In this document: positions 1-16,716 of the stretch, piece after piece
How positions within the stretch are numbered: the first letter of the stretch is position 1
Layout: every line of letters begins with the position of its first letter
NCBI RefSeq assembly: GCF_009914755.1
Contig: NC_060936.1
Length of the DNA: 64,000 nucleotides
Source: the human T2T-CHM13v2.0 reference genome, Homo sapiens
Direction: 5' to 3' (one strand)
Notes under the pieces: generated by a model
Told to the model about the DNA's origin: nothing
The model's input: only the letters and a program-made list of their open reading frames with translations
Databases searched by the model: none
Program-made: the position numbers and the translations under genes

Positions 1-300
1 TTTTAAAATAAGATGCAATCTTTAGGATTTTCATTATTTTTTAAATCTTAAAATTGACCTTTAGAGTATTCAATATTGCCTTTAGTTATGTTTTTGTTGC
101 CCTGGATTTGGTTGGCAATGCGATTCTCAGTAGCATGAGCATAGATAATGAATAGGGCAGATTTACTATAAAAGTGTATATCGAATTGGTTATGCTTTTA
201 GTATATAATAATCCATTAATGAAATATACCATCTCCATAATAATGTGCTTTCCAAGGAGTTACACATCTATGTTAATTTAATATGTGACTCAGAGTTTAG

Positions 301-636
<336 letters not shown>

Positions 637-1422
637 TTACAATTCTTTTACAGATGAGAAACTAAGAGAGGCAGGATGCTTAAGGAGCATGGTTAAAGAT
701 TCCAAACTTTGCAGTAAGGTAGATGTGGGTATTGATTATAACTCATTTATAGTGGTTATTGTTCCTCCTTATTAGTGTTATCATCTATAGAGTGAGTATA
801 GCAATACCATCTTGTGGTTATGCATAGCATACCTAGCCCAGGGTTTGTCCCACATTACATATTTACTAAATTATTGCTTTTACTATGAAATAGGAAGTAG
901 AAGAGTTAAGTAATTTACTTGGTTGTACCCAAATCTAACTGGTAACAGGGCTAGTACTACAACGTAGATTTCGGACATTTTGTTTTATGTTTCTGTATCA
1001 AAGTTCCTTTAGTGACTTATAGTAGGAAACTAACCTCGGGCCTCGGGCCATTAGGTGGCAGGAACATACCTGATGGCTGGATCCACTGTGAGATAAAACA
1101 GATGTGGTTTGGGCGATAAAATTAAAAAGGGAATTTAAGGGAGAAAATGGATTCTTTTTGTTCCCCCTGAAGTTGTTTGGAAATCGTAATTCTGTACAAG
1201 TCGTCTAAGAACTCTTGGTCTTTCTAAGGGTTCTTCATCTTTTATACCTGAACCAAACTCAAATGATCCCAATTGTGTTAGAAGCAAGCTGTAAGGGCTG
1301 CTTGGAGACAATTCTATTCCTGATACAAACTCAGAGGCAACTTGTACTCTTTGGGATTTACCATAAATCAAAAGGAACTGGTATTTTAATGGAAGACAAA
1401 ATCTATCATTGTTAATAATCAA

Positions 1423-1577
1423 GACTGCGTACAGCAACTCAACGTCTGTCATCCCTGCTCTTTGGGAGGCCAAGGCAGGAGGATTGTTTGAGGCCAGAAG
1501 TTCCAGACCAGCTTGATCAACATAGAAAGACCCAGTATTTATGGAGAAAAAATTTAAAACAGAAAAATAATAATTAA
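1423..1577 (+). mobile_element. Degenerate Alu left monomer (FLAM/AluJ-like)
   Basis: tttgggaggccaaggcaggaggattgtttgaggccagaagttccagaccagc followed by an A-rich tail. Candidate TSD aaaagg(a/t)actggt at 1370-1382 and 1578-1590. Confidence 0.8.
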
Positions 1578-3012
1578 AAAAGGTACTGGTTGGATGACTG
1601 CATGGGCTATGCGATCAGCCATATATGAGGAATTTCTAAAAAGCCTTTACTGAATTGGTATAGTTGTTACATAAACAGGACCACTATTTATGACATTCTA
1701 GTATATATATTCCCCAAGTGTTCCATTAACTACTTTTGACAGTGTGATAGGCAAAATAGGTTTGTTGCCTGTGATTTGAGGAGAGCCTCAAGGCTTGTTG
1801 CTCCCAAATTCTCTCCCTTTGGCCAGTCATTATATTTGAAAATGCAGTTATATTAATTGTCTTTACTATAATACCATGTGCTAGTTTGTCAGAAACTGTG
1901 TAGAGCACATTGTTATTAGGGACATAGGGCAAAATTGAGAAGCCATGGGAAAAATTTTGCATAGAGAAGAAATGGATGGAAGACAAGTGCATGCAAACCC
2001 CAAAATAAAAATCGAACACTATGAGTGGTACTGGCAGCAGACCTGAGCCATGGATGTGAGGATGGCTCATAGTCAAATTCAGGAATATGGTAGAGATTGC
2101 AGATGGTAAAATGCCAAGGAACAACCGTAGATACACTAAAACAAAACGAACATGGGTGCTGGATTATACATGTGGATATTACAGTATGCACATAGATGTT
2201 ATAGTGACAAATAATGCTGTCTAGACTAACAGTGTTAATATATTATTGAAGTACTAAATTTTTATGTTTACATTAAAATTTTTTTCTTATTGGGAATACG
2301 TTTAGTTTCAGATCTATCTGAAATAACTACAGATAGGGGAAAGAGAAATAATTGTATCTTGTAGAATTCCTGTAATTAGAATTACATATAAGTACATAGG
2401 ATATGTGTTGTGATAACATATGAATCATGATCTTTAAATCATAGCCACTTCTTCTACTTAATATTTTAACTATATCTGTTTTATTTACCTACTTACTATT
2501 ATGTTCTTTTCTGTAATAATCCGAGGTATAATTTCTTCAGAAAAAATAAATTCCTGTAGGCTTACAAAGGCTCTTATTTCCCTGGAGTCACATGAAGTGA
2601 CTATCATACAATTAGTAAAATGCTCAGTCTACAAGTGTTGACCCCGCCCCATAGTCTTTGCTAATAGATGGAGTGGGAAGACAGTCTACTTTAAAAAACA
2701 GCAACAACACATTCATGCTCGTTTTCAGTTCCATGCAGTTAAATGGCTCTTTTTCTCCTCCCTTTGTTTTCTTTTTTTCCTTTTTTTCTCTCTCCATTGA
2801 CATTAGAAAGTTTAACATAATTAACATTTATATTTTAAAATAATATTTATTTAAATTGTAGCTGGTAAGACCATTCATGGGGCACATCCAAAGTCCAAGA
2901 CTTCCATTATGGTTAAAGGCAAGGACTTTGGAACCAGACAGACACATCTTTTTGTTCTCTTATCTTTTTGAGTGTCACTTCTGTAAGGCATGGTTTCTTC
3001 TTCTATTAATAG

Positions 3013-3413
<401 letters not shown>

Positions 3414-3416
3414 AGC

Positions 3417-3721
3417 TTTTATTTTTTTGAGACAGGGTCTCACTCTGTCACCCAGGCTAGAGTGCAGTGGTGCCATCACAAATCACTGTAGCCTTAACCT
3501 CCCAGGCTGAAGGCATTCTCCCACCTCAGCCTTGACCTCCTAGGCTCTAGCGATTCCCTCACCCCAGCCTACAGCATGCATCACCATGTCTGGCTAAGTT
3601 TTGTATTTATTGGGGTTTTACCCTGTTGCCCAGGCTGGTCTTGAACTCCTGGACTCAAGCAATCCGCCCAGCTTGGCCTCCCAAAGTACTAGATTATAGG
3701 TATGAGCCACTGCGCCTGGCC
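3417..3721 (-). mobile_element. AluJ-like
   Basis: gagacagggtctcactctgtcacccagg ... ctcaagcaatccgccc. The TSD aaaattggctttta at ~3090 and ~3722 encloses both this element and the AluY. Confidence 0.85.
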
Positions 3722-4180
3722 AAAATTGGCTTTTAATCTGAATAAAAACAATTCTTAGTAGATATATTAAGCACTACTATATTAAGTGCAAATAAGTTAT
3801 TTTCTTTTGCAGACGGTTTGTGATAGATGACTGGCAAGATTGCAATTTTTACCTCCTCATGGAAGTAACACTTTGATTTCAAACAAGTAACTCAGCGTTG
3901 GTGGAAGCAAAATTTAGGATTTATCCCCTTTTTAATGCAGTTAAGTACTTCAATTTTGGCAGATTCTTACATAGAACTCAAGATTTTCATATAGGGACAA
4001 AGACATATGTTAAATTTGTAAGGTTTAAAATGAATTATAGCTGAAGCACGAAACAAGAATGAGAGTCCTTACCACATTTAGTGACTGTGCAGTGTATTAG
4101 TAAAATGAAAATGCTGAGATGATAACCCAAAGAGGAGTGATTACTTATGCAGACCTGAATGTTAAATAGGTAAAAATTAA

Positions 4181-4564
<384 letters not shown>

Positions 4565-4569
4565 TCTTT

Positions 4570-5600
4570 TTTAACAAACCAAAACAACACAAAGACATGT
4601 ATTTGGCTCACAGTTTTAGAGACTGGGAAGTCCAAGAGTATTGTGCTGGCATCTGGCAAGGGTTGAACTGTAACAGAAGGCAAAAGAGAAAGAGAGCACA
4701 TATGAGAGAAAAAGCATGAGGGGCTGGGCTTGCTTTTATAACAGTTCACTCTAGTGAAAACTGACCCACTCATGTATTAACATTAATGCATCCATGAGGG
4801 CTTCACCCTTGTGACCCAGTCACTTCTTATTAGGACCTACCTCCCAATGCAGTTACACTGGGAATTAAGTTTACAGCATGCTGAGTTTTCAGGGCACATG
4901 CAAACCATACATTTTGTACCAGGCACCCAAAATTTATGTCCTTCTTATAATGCAAAAATACATTCATTTCATCCCCAAAGTCCCAAAAGCCTTAACTTGT
5001 TTCCATCAACTCAAAAATCCAAAGTCCAGAGTCGTATCTAAATGAGATATGGGTGATGCTCAAGGCATGATCTGTATAGAGGCAAATTCCTTCCAGATGT
5101 GAGCCTGTAACATCAAAGCAAGTTATCTACTTCAAAAATACAACAGTGAAACAGGCATAGGGTAGGCATTCTCGTTCTAAAAGGGAGAAAGAGGAAAGAA
5201 GAAAAGAGTAACTAGTCCCTACTAAATCCATAACCCAGTAGGGAAAACAATACGAAGTCTTAAAACTGGAGAATAATCTCCTTTGTTTCCATGTCCCATA
5301 TCCTGAGCACACTGATATAGGGGTTGGGCTCTCAAGACACTGAGAACTGCCACGCCCATGGCTTTGCTGGGCTCAGCCCACATTTCCGCTCTCTCAGAAT
5401 GGCATCGTACACTGGTAGCTCTACAGTTCTGTGGTCTTCTGAGCCCTCCCATGGCAATATAGGCTTTTTCTAGCCTGATTCTCCAAATTTCCAACCTCCA
5501 CCCGTTATGCAGTTCCAAAGCTGCTTCCATATTTTCAGGTGTTGTTATAGCAACAACCCTGCTCTAAGTATCAATTTTCTATATTAGTCTGTTTTCTGCT
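4570..5600 (-). mobile_element. ERVL-MaLR (MST/MLT1A-type) LTR plus partial internal sequence
   Basis: atttggctcacagttttagagactgggaagtccaag ... acattaat..atccatgaggg are LTR motifs. Internal-type sequence follows, ending at tattagtctgtttt. Confidence 0.7.
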
Positions 5601-7293
5601 CTTCTAGCTATTTTTTCAAAGAGCAGTGTATGCCAAATTATGAAAAACTCATTATAACTTCTTTTATAATTAATGAATATATATAATTTCTTCAAATTAC
5701 TAACATAAGAAAAAATCTTAAAAAACTTTCTCAAATCTCCCTGTATTGATTTTGTGAAGTATATCAGAGATATGAAATTGCAATAGTTACTTCAGAGTAA
5801 GTTTGAATTTACTCTATAAACTTAAAACTACCATGTATTTGAAATTGGAACTTTGAAAAAATTTAGAGGTATTTATTGTAGCAGATCACAGCATTTCTAG
5901 AGGGACCTCACATTTGATTTTCTCTTTAGAACAACTTCAGCAAGATGGGAATATTTAATTGTTCTTCTGCCTTTCAAAGAACATCAAACCATGGCAGACT
6001 GTGGACTAAGTACAAGAGAAGCTTTCATTGTGAATTAACATCAAGTTTCTTAGTAAATGGATACCTTTTAGAGGTAGTTTAGTTTAATATCAATGTGAAG
6101 GGCCCTTGAGATATAAGAGTTATTCCTACTTCTTCACTTCTTGATTTTTTTTAGCAGAAGAATTTCTTTTTATTTTTGAATATAAAATAACTCCACAGAT
6201 CATATTTTCTAGAGCTTATCCAGTGATATTTAGAAGTGTCTGTTTGCCTTCTCTTAATATACTAATTATATATGCTTAGTCTTAGGATTGAAGTTGCTTA
6301 CTTATTAAACAATGCTTATTAAATCTCTGTCACATGTAAAGTATCTTCAGGGCACTAAGAAGAATGGATAAATATACCAAAGTTCCCAGCCGGCATCTTT
6401 GAGCAACAACCATTTGTTTACGTAGGCAGGATATGTTCAGTTCCAATATGTTAACAGGAAAATATGACATATAAAATTATATTCCCAAAGAAATGTAAAA
6501 CATTTGATATACTACTTGGCATTAATTTTTCTCTGGTCTGAAAAATATATTATGAAATATGGATACCAGATAGTTTTATTTTGTTACTACTGAGGGTTTT
6601 TTTTTCCCCCTAGCAGTTCTGAGAGGATAACTCATTTGGATAATTTTGTTTTCATATTTATGCTATAGTCCCTAAATTAAAATTATTAAAACATATTAAG
6701 TACCATCTTATGATATTCTACCTTCTATTCAAACTCAATATTGAGAGGGTGAAATAGCCTTGCCTCTGACCACATTTGGATGCCTGGAAACATATCTGAA
6801 TCTTCCTTGTTATTACATCTGCTACTTAGGAGGCTTAACCTCAGTTTTCTCATCTGTGAAATGAGGATAGTAATACTATAGACCCCAAATGTTTGTATTA
6901 GTTTAAATGAATTGAGGAGACTACCAAGGATGTAGTAATTGTTAAATAAATGTAAATACTATTATTGTTGTTATTTTTATTATAATTTTTAAAATTTCTT
7001 CTTCATCTCCTTCTCCCCTTCCCATTCTTTCGCTCTCTTTAGGCTGTCACAGTGCTGCAATGCAGGCCCTTGAGATGGAGCAGTAGCCCTTCCAAGTTAG
7101 AGCAGTTTCATATGAAGTTTATTTTGTTTAAAACAGGAATGAAATGAATACTCTGAATATTTGGAAACTTCATTGGGAAAAAACTTTTCAAAATTAGATT
7201 GGGATTTTGGAACAACAATTATATTTTTTGAACTTCAGATAAATGCTTTATTATATTATATCCAGGGTTGAAAGTGTGATTTGCATTCATCTA

Positions 7294-7648
<355 letters not shown>

Positions 7649-8329
7649 TCATCACACTTCACTGAAAGAACTTGGAGAATTTTATTTCAATAAAATTGCA
7701 CTTTTAAAAGATTATATGAAATGAATACACCAATAAAATATACAGGCTTAAACATGTAAAAAATGCACATTATATTAAATGTTAATGAAAATACAAAGTC
7801 TTTGAGTGGTCCAAAGAATAAGTACCAAAGTGAAAATTTGAAGATAATCCCAAACATCTGTTTTGAATTATCTTTCTAAAAAAAAGGTTAAGTGTATGTT
7901 AAAACCTTTTATTCCTTAAGTAGGATATAGCATAACTGCATCTCTATTTTAAAAGAAGATGATGTGTGACCTTAATTTTATTTTGTTTCCTTTCTTTTCC
8001 TACCTTCCTTTTCCTTCTCTTTCTCTTTTTTTTTCCCTTCACTGCAGTTTCAGGTTAATCCCTGTAAGCTTCCTCTATTTTATTCATGTATTAATCCCCT
8101 TTTATCTGTATTCTTAACTTCGTTTTCTCTTTGCAGCATAGACAGCTGATCTAACATATTTGATTTGTATGTAATGTATTTGATTTAAAATATACCTTTG
8201 ATTTAATTGTAATATACACTATGTTAAATACACAGTGATATTTTGGGCATGAATCAATTTTTAATATTTATCATTGTTATGACAATGCATTCCTTTTTTT
8301 TAAATTCTCTGTAGGCTGTTATGGTCCAT

Positions 8330-9390
8330 TCATGTAACAGTATTTACATGGTATTAATTGTTCCTAATGCTGCATAGGAGTGTGTAAAGTGAATGACCCA
8401 CATTGTACTCCCATGATGGACATATTGTTCCTACCCACTATCAGCCAACACTAAGACACTTGAATTTAAACATTCTCTTACATGCTTTCTAAGGTGAGAA
8501 TTTATGTGGGAGTGGGATTGCTAGACAGAGGTCCATTTTGACTTAGTCACTTACATTTGTTCATTTGACTGAGTACTGTCAGATGGCATAACAGAATGTC
8601 TGCCCCGGGCCACACTGCCACCAGCTGTGCACAGGATTCTTCCCCAACATCCCTACCAGTAGTTGACCTTATCCATTTTTCTATTTTCTTGCCAGTCTAG
8701 GTATAAAAGATATCTTGTTGTTATAATTTTCATTTCAGGGGGGTTACTAAGAAATTTGAGTATTAGTTTAAATGCTTGGTATTTATTTTGGTTTTCCTTT
8801 TTGTAGAATCCTATTCATGTCCTTTGCCTATTTTTCCTCTATTGGATTTCTTATTTTTTTATTGTTGCTTTGCAGGAGTTCCTTCTAGTTTCCAAGCACA
8901 GACACTTCTTTGTTTAGATGTTTGAAATATCTTCTCCCAGTATATTATACATTTAACTTGTTCATAATGTTCTTCACTAAATAGAAGTCCTTTTTGAAGT
9001 ACCCAAATCCATTAATTTTTTTTTTACATTTCAAATGATATTTGGGGCTCTTTTTAAGAAGTTCTTTTCCATTCCACAGATATATTCTTCTACATATTCT
9101 TCTGTTAGCTTTACTTTTTCACATTTAACTTTTTAAGCTATCTGGGGTTTATCTTTGTTTTTCATGAATATGGTATAAAAATCAGTTCTCATTGTTCTCA
9201 TATATTATGGCTAAAATATAGTTTTTGAGTTTCTTAATAAATGATGCTAAAATATTGATTGTATTTACATAGAATTCATAGATTAATTTGGGGAGAACTG
9301 ACATCTTTATAATGTTAAATTGCCCCATCCATGAGCCTTGGAATATTCCTCCATTTCTTTTAGGATTTGGTTTGCATACTTCCAGGTAGT
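8330..9390 (-). mobile_element. Old L1M fragment(s)
   Basis: attaatttggggagaactgacatctttataatgtt. ORF 9182..9418 contains NIIKMSVLPKLIY, which resembles L1 ORF2. Confidence 0.7.
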
Positions 9391-10189
9391 CAGAAAGGTC
9401 AGATTTCAAAATTGACATGATATTAAAAAGTTGATTGGGTTAATATGATCAAATTTCTTAAAGAATTAACTCATAGAATCAACTATGAAGAGTTATGGCA
9501 GCTCTTCAAAAACCTAAAATCTATTTTGATAAACACAGCATTGTGGAGCAATAATTTAAGGAAGATAGGATTTGAGAAGGAATTGTTTTTATATTTGAGG
9601 ATAATGAAATCCTCTGTCAATGCCCTTCAGCCAAAGACCACTAGGGCCACACCTGAAGTAAAAGTTGGCTTAACTACTTCTTGCGCTGAGAGAGAACAGC
9701 TACACCATGGAGAACTCTGAGGCATCTCATTATATGACCTATTATAGGATTTTGACTTTGGTTGGGTGATTTGGAAGAGAGTCTAAGGAAGTGAGGGTTT
9801 TATTTTGATTGGATACCAGGATAATTCTATGTCTGGATAAAAAATCATTCATATAGCAAGAGAGGAGGATGTTTGGTAGTTTGTGGGTTATACAGTGACG
9901 TTTTCCTTTTTTTGTGTTTATACAAAATTATGAGGTGGTCTTTATTTGTTTTGCTTTATCATGATCTCAGAGTAACCTTGTCTGAAGCTGGTAATTGTGT
10001 ATAATTGTGTGTGTACAACAGGAAAACAAGATTTTTGCAGGCATCTAGGGCAATTACTTAATCATAAGAAATAGGAGAGATTTTCATTTGGATAAAAAGC
10101 AGGAAACCTAGTTTCAGATTGTGACTTTGCCTCAGTTAACCTTGTTGATGATTTTTAATTTCTAAGTTGTTTTCTCACTTTGAAATAGC

Positions 10190-10930
10190 CATCTCTGCTG
10201 CTCATCTGTCCTGTTGGAAACCACTGTAATTTTGCCATCTAGATTACCGCAGTTGCCTTCCAGCTGGTCCCCCTGTTGCTCCTTTAGTTCGCTTGCAGTG
10301 AGTACCTTCTCTGCAGAGGAGTCAAGAGTGACATTTCGAAAATGAAAGTCAAATCACAAAATCCCTCACTGAATATTTCCCCCCAAATATCGCACATAAA
10401 ATAACCCCCAGACTTCTTATCGTGGCACATGAAACCCTATGTGATTGGACCCTTGCCTATCTCTGTGACTTCATCTTGACTTTCCCTCTCATTTTGCAGC
10501 CACTCAACTGACTGGTGTTGTTCCTGGAAACATCAAGTTCATTTTTGCCTTAGATCCTTTGCTGTGTTTTCCTTATGTGGCATCAGCAGTCCTTGCCAGG
10601 CTTGCTCCTTATCCTTTAGCTCGTAGAGATCATACCTATTTTCCTAAATCTGTGATATCCATACCTAAATTATCCTCATCCATACCATGTTACTTTATTT
10701 TACATTATTTATAACACTTATCACTATCTGAAGTTAATTCATTTATTTTATTGTATAGATCCCACCCTCCCTCCACTATCTCCAGCATAAGCTCACATGG
10801 GTGGGAATTGACTATTTTGAACAGTACTAAGTGTCCAGCTCCTAATGAAGTTCCTGGCACAATAGGTGCTTAACAAATATCTAATAAATTAATAAATATT
10901 TAATACATTAATAGATGGATAAATGAACAA
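10190..10930 (+). mobile_element. L2 3' region
   Basis: L2-type motifs ctagattaccgcagttgccttccagctggtc and cctggcacaataggtgcttaacaaatat, with a tgaa-like tail. Confidence 0.6.
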
Positions 10931-10968
10931 TCAACCAAATAAGTGGACATGTATTCTAGGTATAGCGA

Positions 10969-13532
<2,564 letters not shown>

Positions 13533-14566
13533 TATATGTCTGTTGCCAACAAGAGAAGCACTTATTAGTTTATTATTTATTTGAGATATAAGTATCAAAG
13601 AAATCAATTTATTTCATTGGAAATAATGCCTTAAAATATTCAAAGGTATGTCTTTGCTATTAGTTTTTTTTTTAATCATCTATATTCTAAGACTACTATC
13701 AAAATGGGATACCATTATAATGAGGATTTCCTGGTGCTTAAATTAACATTTGAATGCATTTCTCAGAGAGATTCCAATGTAAATATATTCTCATTTAGTC
13801 ATCACACAATCAGAGCAGAACTTTGGGAGGAATAGGGGTTTAAAAATTGCGTAATTATTAGAAATTTCCATAGAGGGATATCTTATTAATTTGTGGTAGA
13901 TATAGAATACCTATGATATCACGCCTATTATGTTTGAAGATAATTATAATTTATTTTACTAGTAGTTTTATTTTACTGGTAGTTTTAGTAGTTTAATTTG
14001 ACAATATTTTACACTGTTTTGTCTTTTAATTTAAAGGATACAATTTTCTATGGACTCATAATGCCAAGGCCTATGTGAATGTTGGTTTGCAGTGAAAGAT
14101 GAAATGTGGTATGAAAATGTTAGGCAGAGGGGAGAAAAAGTTTGGAAACAGCCAGTGTCGGATTAGAGTTTTTGCTGTAACACTTCAGTATTAACTTTAC
14201 AAATTCTTTAGTGCCTCTGTCTCCTCATCTGGGGAATGGGCACTTATGTGTGGAACTGTGTTGAGAGCTTGGTGAGATGATATATGTCAAGTGTGTGGCA
14301 TGGTACATGGCACTATTAGCTGTTGCATAATTGTGAGTTCAATGCCTTTCCTCTGTTTTCCATTGGAAGCAAAGAAGGTATATGACTTTGCAAACGTGAA
14401 GGATTTGTGTTCTCTGTAGATAACATAAGGGCATAAAGTGTATTGTATTTAATGTTATTTTTGTAAGAAATGCTTAACTATTGTAAATTGTAAAGAGTAT
14501 CAAACACAATAATATTAATGATAATAGCAATATTTATTGAGGGTTTACCATGTTTCAGGCACTGTG

Positions 14567-14864
14567 TTTGTTTTTTTGTTTTGTTTTGTTTTATTTTTTT
14601 GAGAGAGGGCCTCACTCTGTCGCCCAGGCTTGAGTGCGGTGGCGTGATCATGGCTCACTGTAGCCTCGACTCTATGGGCTCAACTCTGTGGGCTCAAGCG
14701 ATCATGACATCTAACACGCCAAGCTAATTTTTGTATTTTTTTGTTGAGACGAGGTTTCACCATGTTGCCCAGGCTGGTCTCAAACTCCTCTTGAGCTCAA
14801 ACAGTCCACTCGCCTCATCAGCCTCCCAAAGTGCTAGTACAGGTGCAAGCCATTGTGCCCAGCC
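14567..14864 (-). mobile_element. AluJ-like, inserted in a MIR
   Basis: gtgatcatggctcactgtagcctc. TSD tcag(g/a)cactgt. Flanks carry MIR core-like text (cccactttacagataaagtaaactgaagcacag). Confidence 0.82.
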
Positions 14865-15938
14865 TCAGACACTGTCTTAAACAGCTTGTTTATATTAACA
14901 CACTTCATCATGAAACAGATGAGACACTATTTTCCCACTTTACAGATAAAGTAAACTGAAGCACAGGAGTTTTAAATTTCTTAGAGGCACACAGGCAAAT
15001 CTGAGATTGAAAGATTCTGTGCTCTTTTTTTGCATTAAAATTGATAACTCAAAACCCTTTCATTTTTCAGGTACAGTCAGTAGTCACCCAACTAAATATA
15101 TCTCAACACACATGACCCTTCTTCTCATCCTCATCATTTGCTGGGGGACTCTGCTTTCAGGACTCAATACCCCATCTCCTTGTAGGAAGTAAGAAGGCAA
15201 GAAAAGAAGCCAAGGTTGAGGGCAAGGTTCACTGGAGAGCCGTACTATGGGGGCAATTATTGGTGCTGTGCCTTTTGTTATTTTTAATATTGAAAAATTA
15301 CTATTATTTGGGGAGAACAAAGGGTACACAGAAAATATATTTAATTTTCAACATGATTAAGTGTAGAAACAGCGATTTTCAGGGAAGTGAGCTCATAAGC
15401 AGAAACAGTATAAAAGAACATTATATCTATAATGTTTTATTGATGTATTCTGATGCCTGGCAAGCTTCTTTATAGCTTTGATCTTGTTTAGTTTTTTTGC
15501 TTTTCATCTCCAGATCTTCTATGCCATTTATCAGTTTTTTCATACTTGAATGAAATATTTGTTTATTTTAAGATCATTTCTTGCAGTTTCTGGCCCAGTA
15601 AGTATACAATAATTTCAGACCATGAAGACCCCTACTGAAATCTGGAAGAGCATGAAGCCTTTGTAGGTGATCTTAAGATAACATTGTTCTTGGCCTTATG
15701 ATGAACTGTATATGTATATCTGCTTTGAGACATAATAATTACTTTAATTTTTTAAGGCTTTGATTATATTTAATCTCCTGGCTTGATGAAATGTTAGAGT
15801 ATAAAGGAAATACATTTTCCTTCTTAAAAATGTTTTATGATGGTTTTCTCTCCCTGTGGTACTTCCTGATGGCCTGATATTATGTCATGTATAATTGGAT
15901 TGATGCTCAGTCTGAAAATTTCTTTTTCTTCTTGGCAG

Positions 15939-16053
15939 CATGGGGTAACCTTGGAAATGTTCTGAAGAGTCAGAGCAAAATTTCTGAAGCTGAAAGCGCC
16001 TATAGAAATGCTTTGTACTACCGCAGCAACATGGCTGACATGCTTTATAATTT
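15939..16053 (+). CDS. TMTC2: TMTC2 internal coding exon (115 nt; probably exon 4), TPR repeat
   Basis: Pyrimidine tract tttctttttcttcttggcag acceptor and TT|gtgagt donor. Translates (A)WGNLGNVLKSQSKISEAESAYRNALYYRSNMADMLYN(L), a TPR-consensus sequence I recognise as TMTC2. The split codon TT+A joins the next exon in frame. Confidence 0.93.
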
Positions 16054-16420
16054 GTGAGTATGCCTTGCTTCTCTGGTTTGGTTCGTCTTTGAAACCTGCA
16101 GTGAGAGGGACTATTGATTTAACTGCTGGAAATGGAGATGATGATAGCTATTGTCCTGAAATAGTCTTTTTGTTAATCATGCCTCTGAGACTATTAGGTG
16201 GATGGTGTTTGTGATTTCTTTGTTTCGTGCCACATCATCAATATTCATGTGTACTTATATGTTATGCCTGAATTTTTTGGAAGTAGTATGCCATGTAACA
16301 TAAATATTGGTTTAAATATTTTTTAGTTCTTAAAATGTTTGTTCCATTAATACTTAGATGAGTTCATAAAATAAGCCTGTTATGTATGAGAGTTATGCAA
16401 ATCATGTGTTGATTATTAGC

Positions 16421-16716
16421 ATTATTATTTTTTTGAGACAGTATCTCACTCTGCGGCCTAGGCTAGAGTGCAGAGACGCTGTCATAGCTTGCTGCAGCCT
16501 CAAACTCCTGAGCTCAAGCAATCCTTCTGCCTCAGCCTCCCAAATAGCTAAGACTGCAGGTGCCTGTCACCATGCCTGGCTAATTTTTAAATTTTTTTGT
16601 AGAGATGGGGACTCACTATATTGCCCAGACTGGTGCCTAACTCCTGGCCTGAAGCAATTCTCTTGCCTCACACTGCAAAGTGCTGGGATTATAGGTGTGA
16701 ACCACTGTGCCCAGCC
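16421..16716 (-). mobile_element. AluJ-like
   Basis: Dimeric Alu. TSD ttgattatta at 16409-16418 and 16717-16726. Confidence 0.85.

Noticed and set aside
1726-2191. Longest ORF in the track (136 aa, minus strand) and an overlapping ORF
   Set aside because: No recognisable domain or splice context. The region may be an ancient LINE remnant, but I cannot assign it.
7985-8140. Long pyrimidine tracts ending in cag, with gtaagc nearby
   Set aside because: No coherent exon fitting the TMTC2 frame. Such tracts are common in T-rich introns.
9617-10030. LTR-like segment
   Set aside because: Probably an old ERV LTR, but I cannot support a family or boundaries by eye.
16008-16214. 68-aa ORF overlapping the exon
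   Set aside because: It is an alternative frame running through the splice donor. The TPR frame explains the exon.
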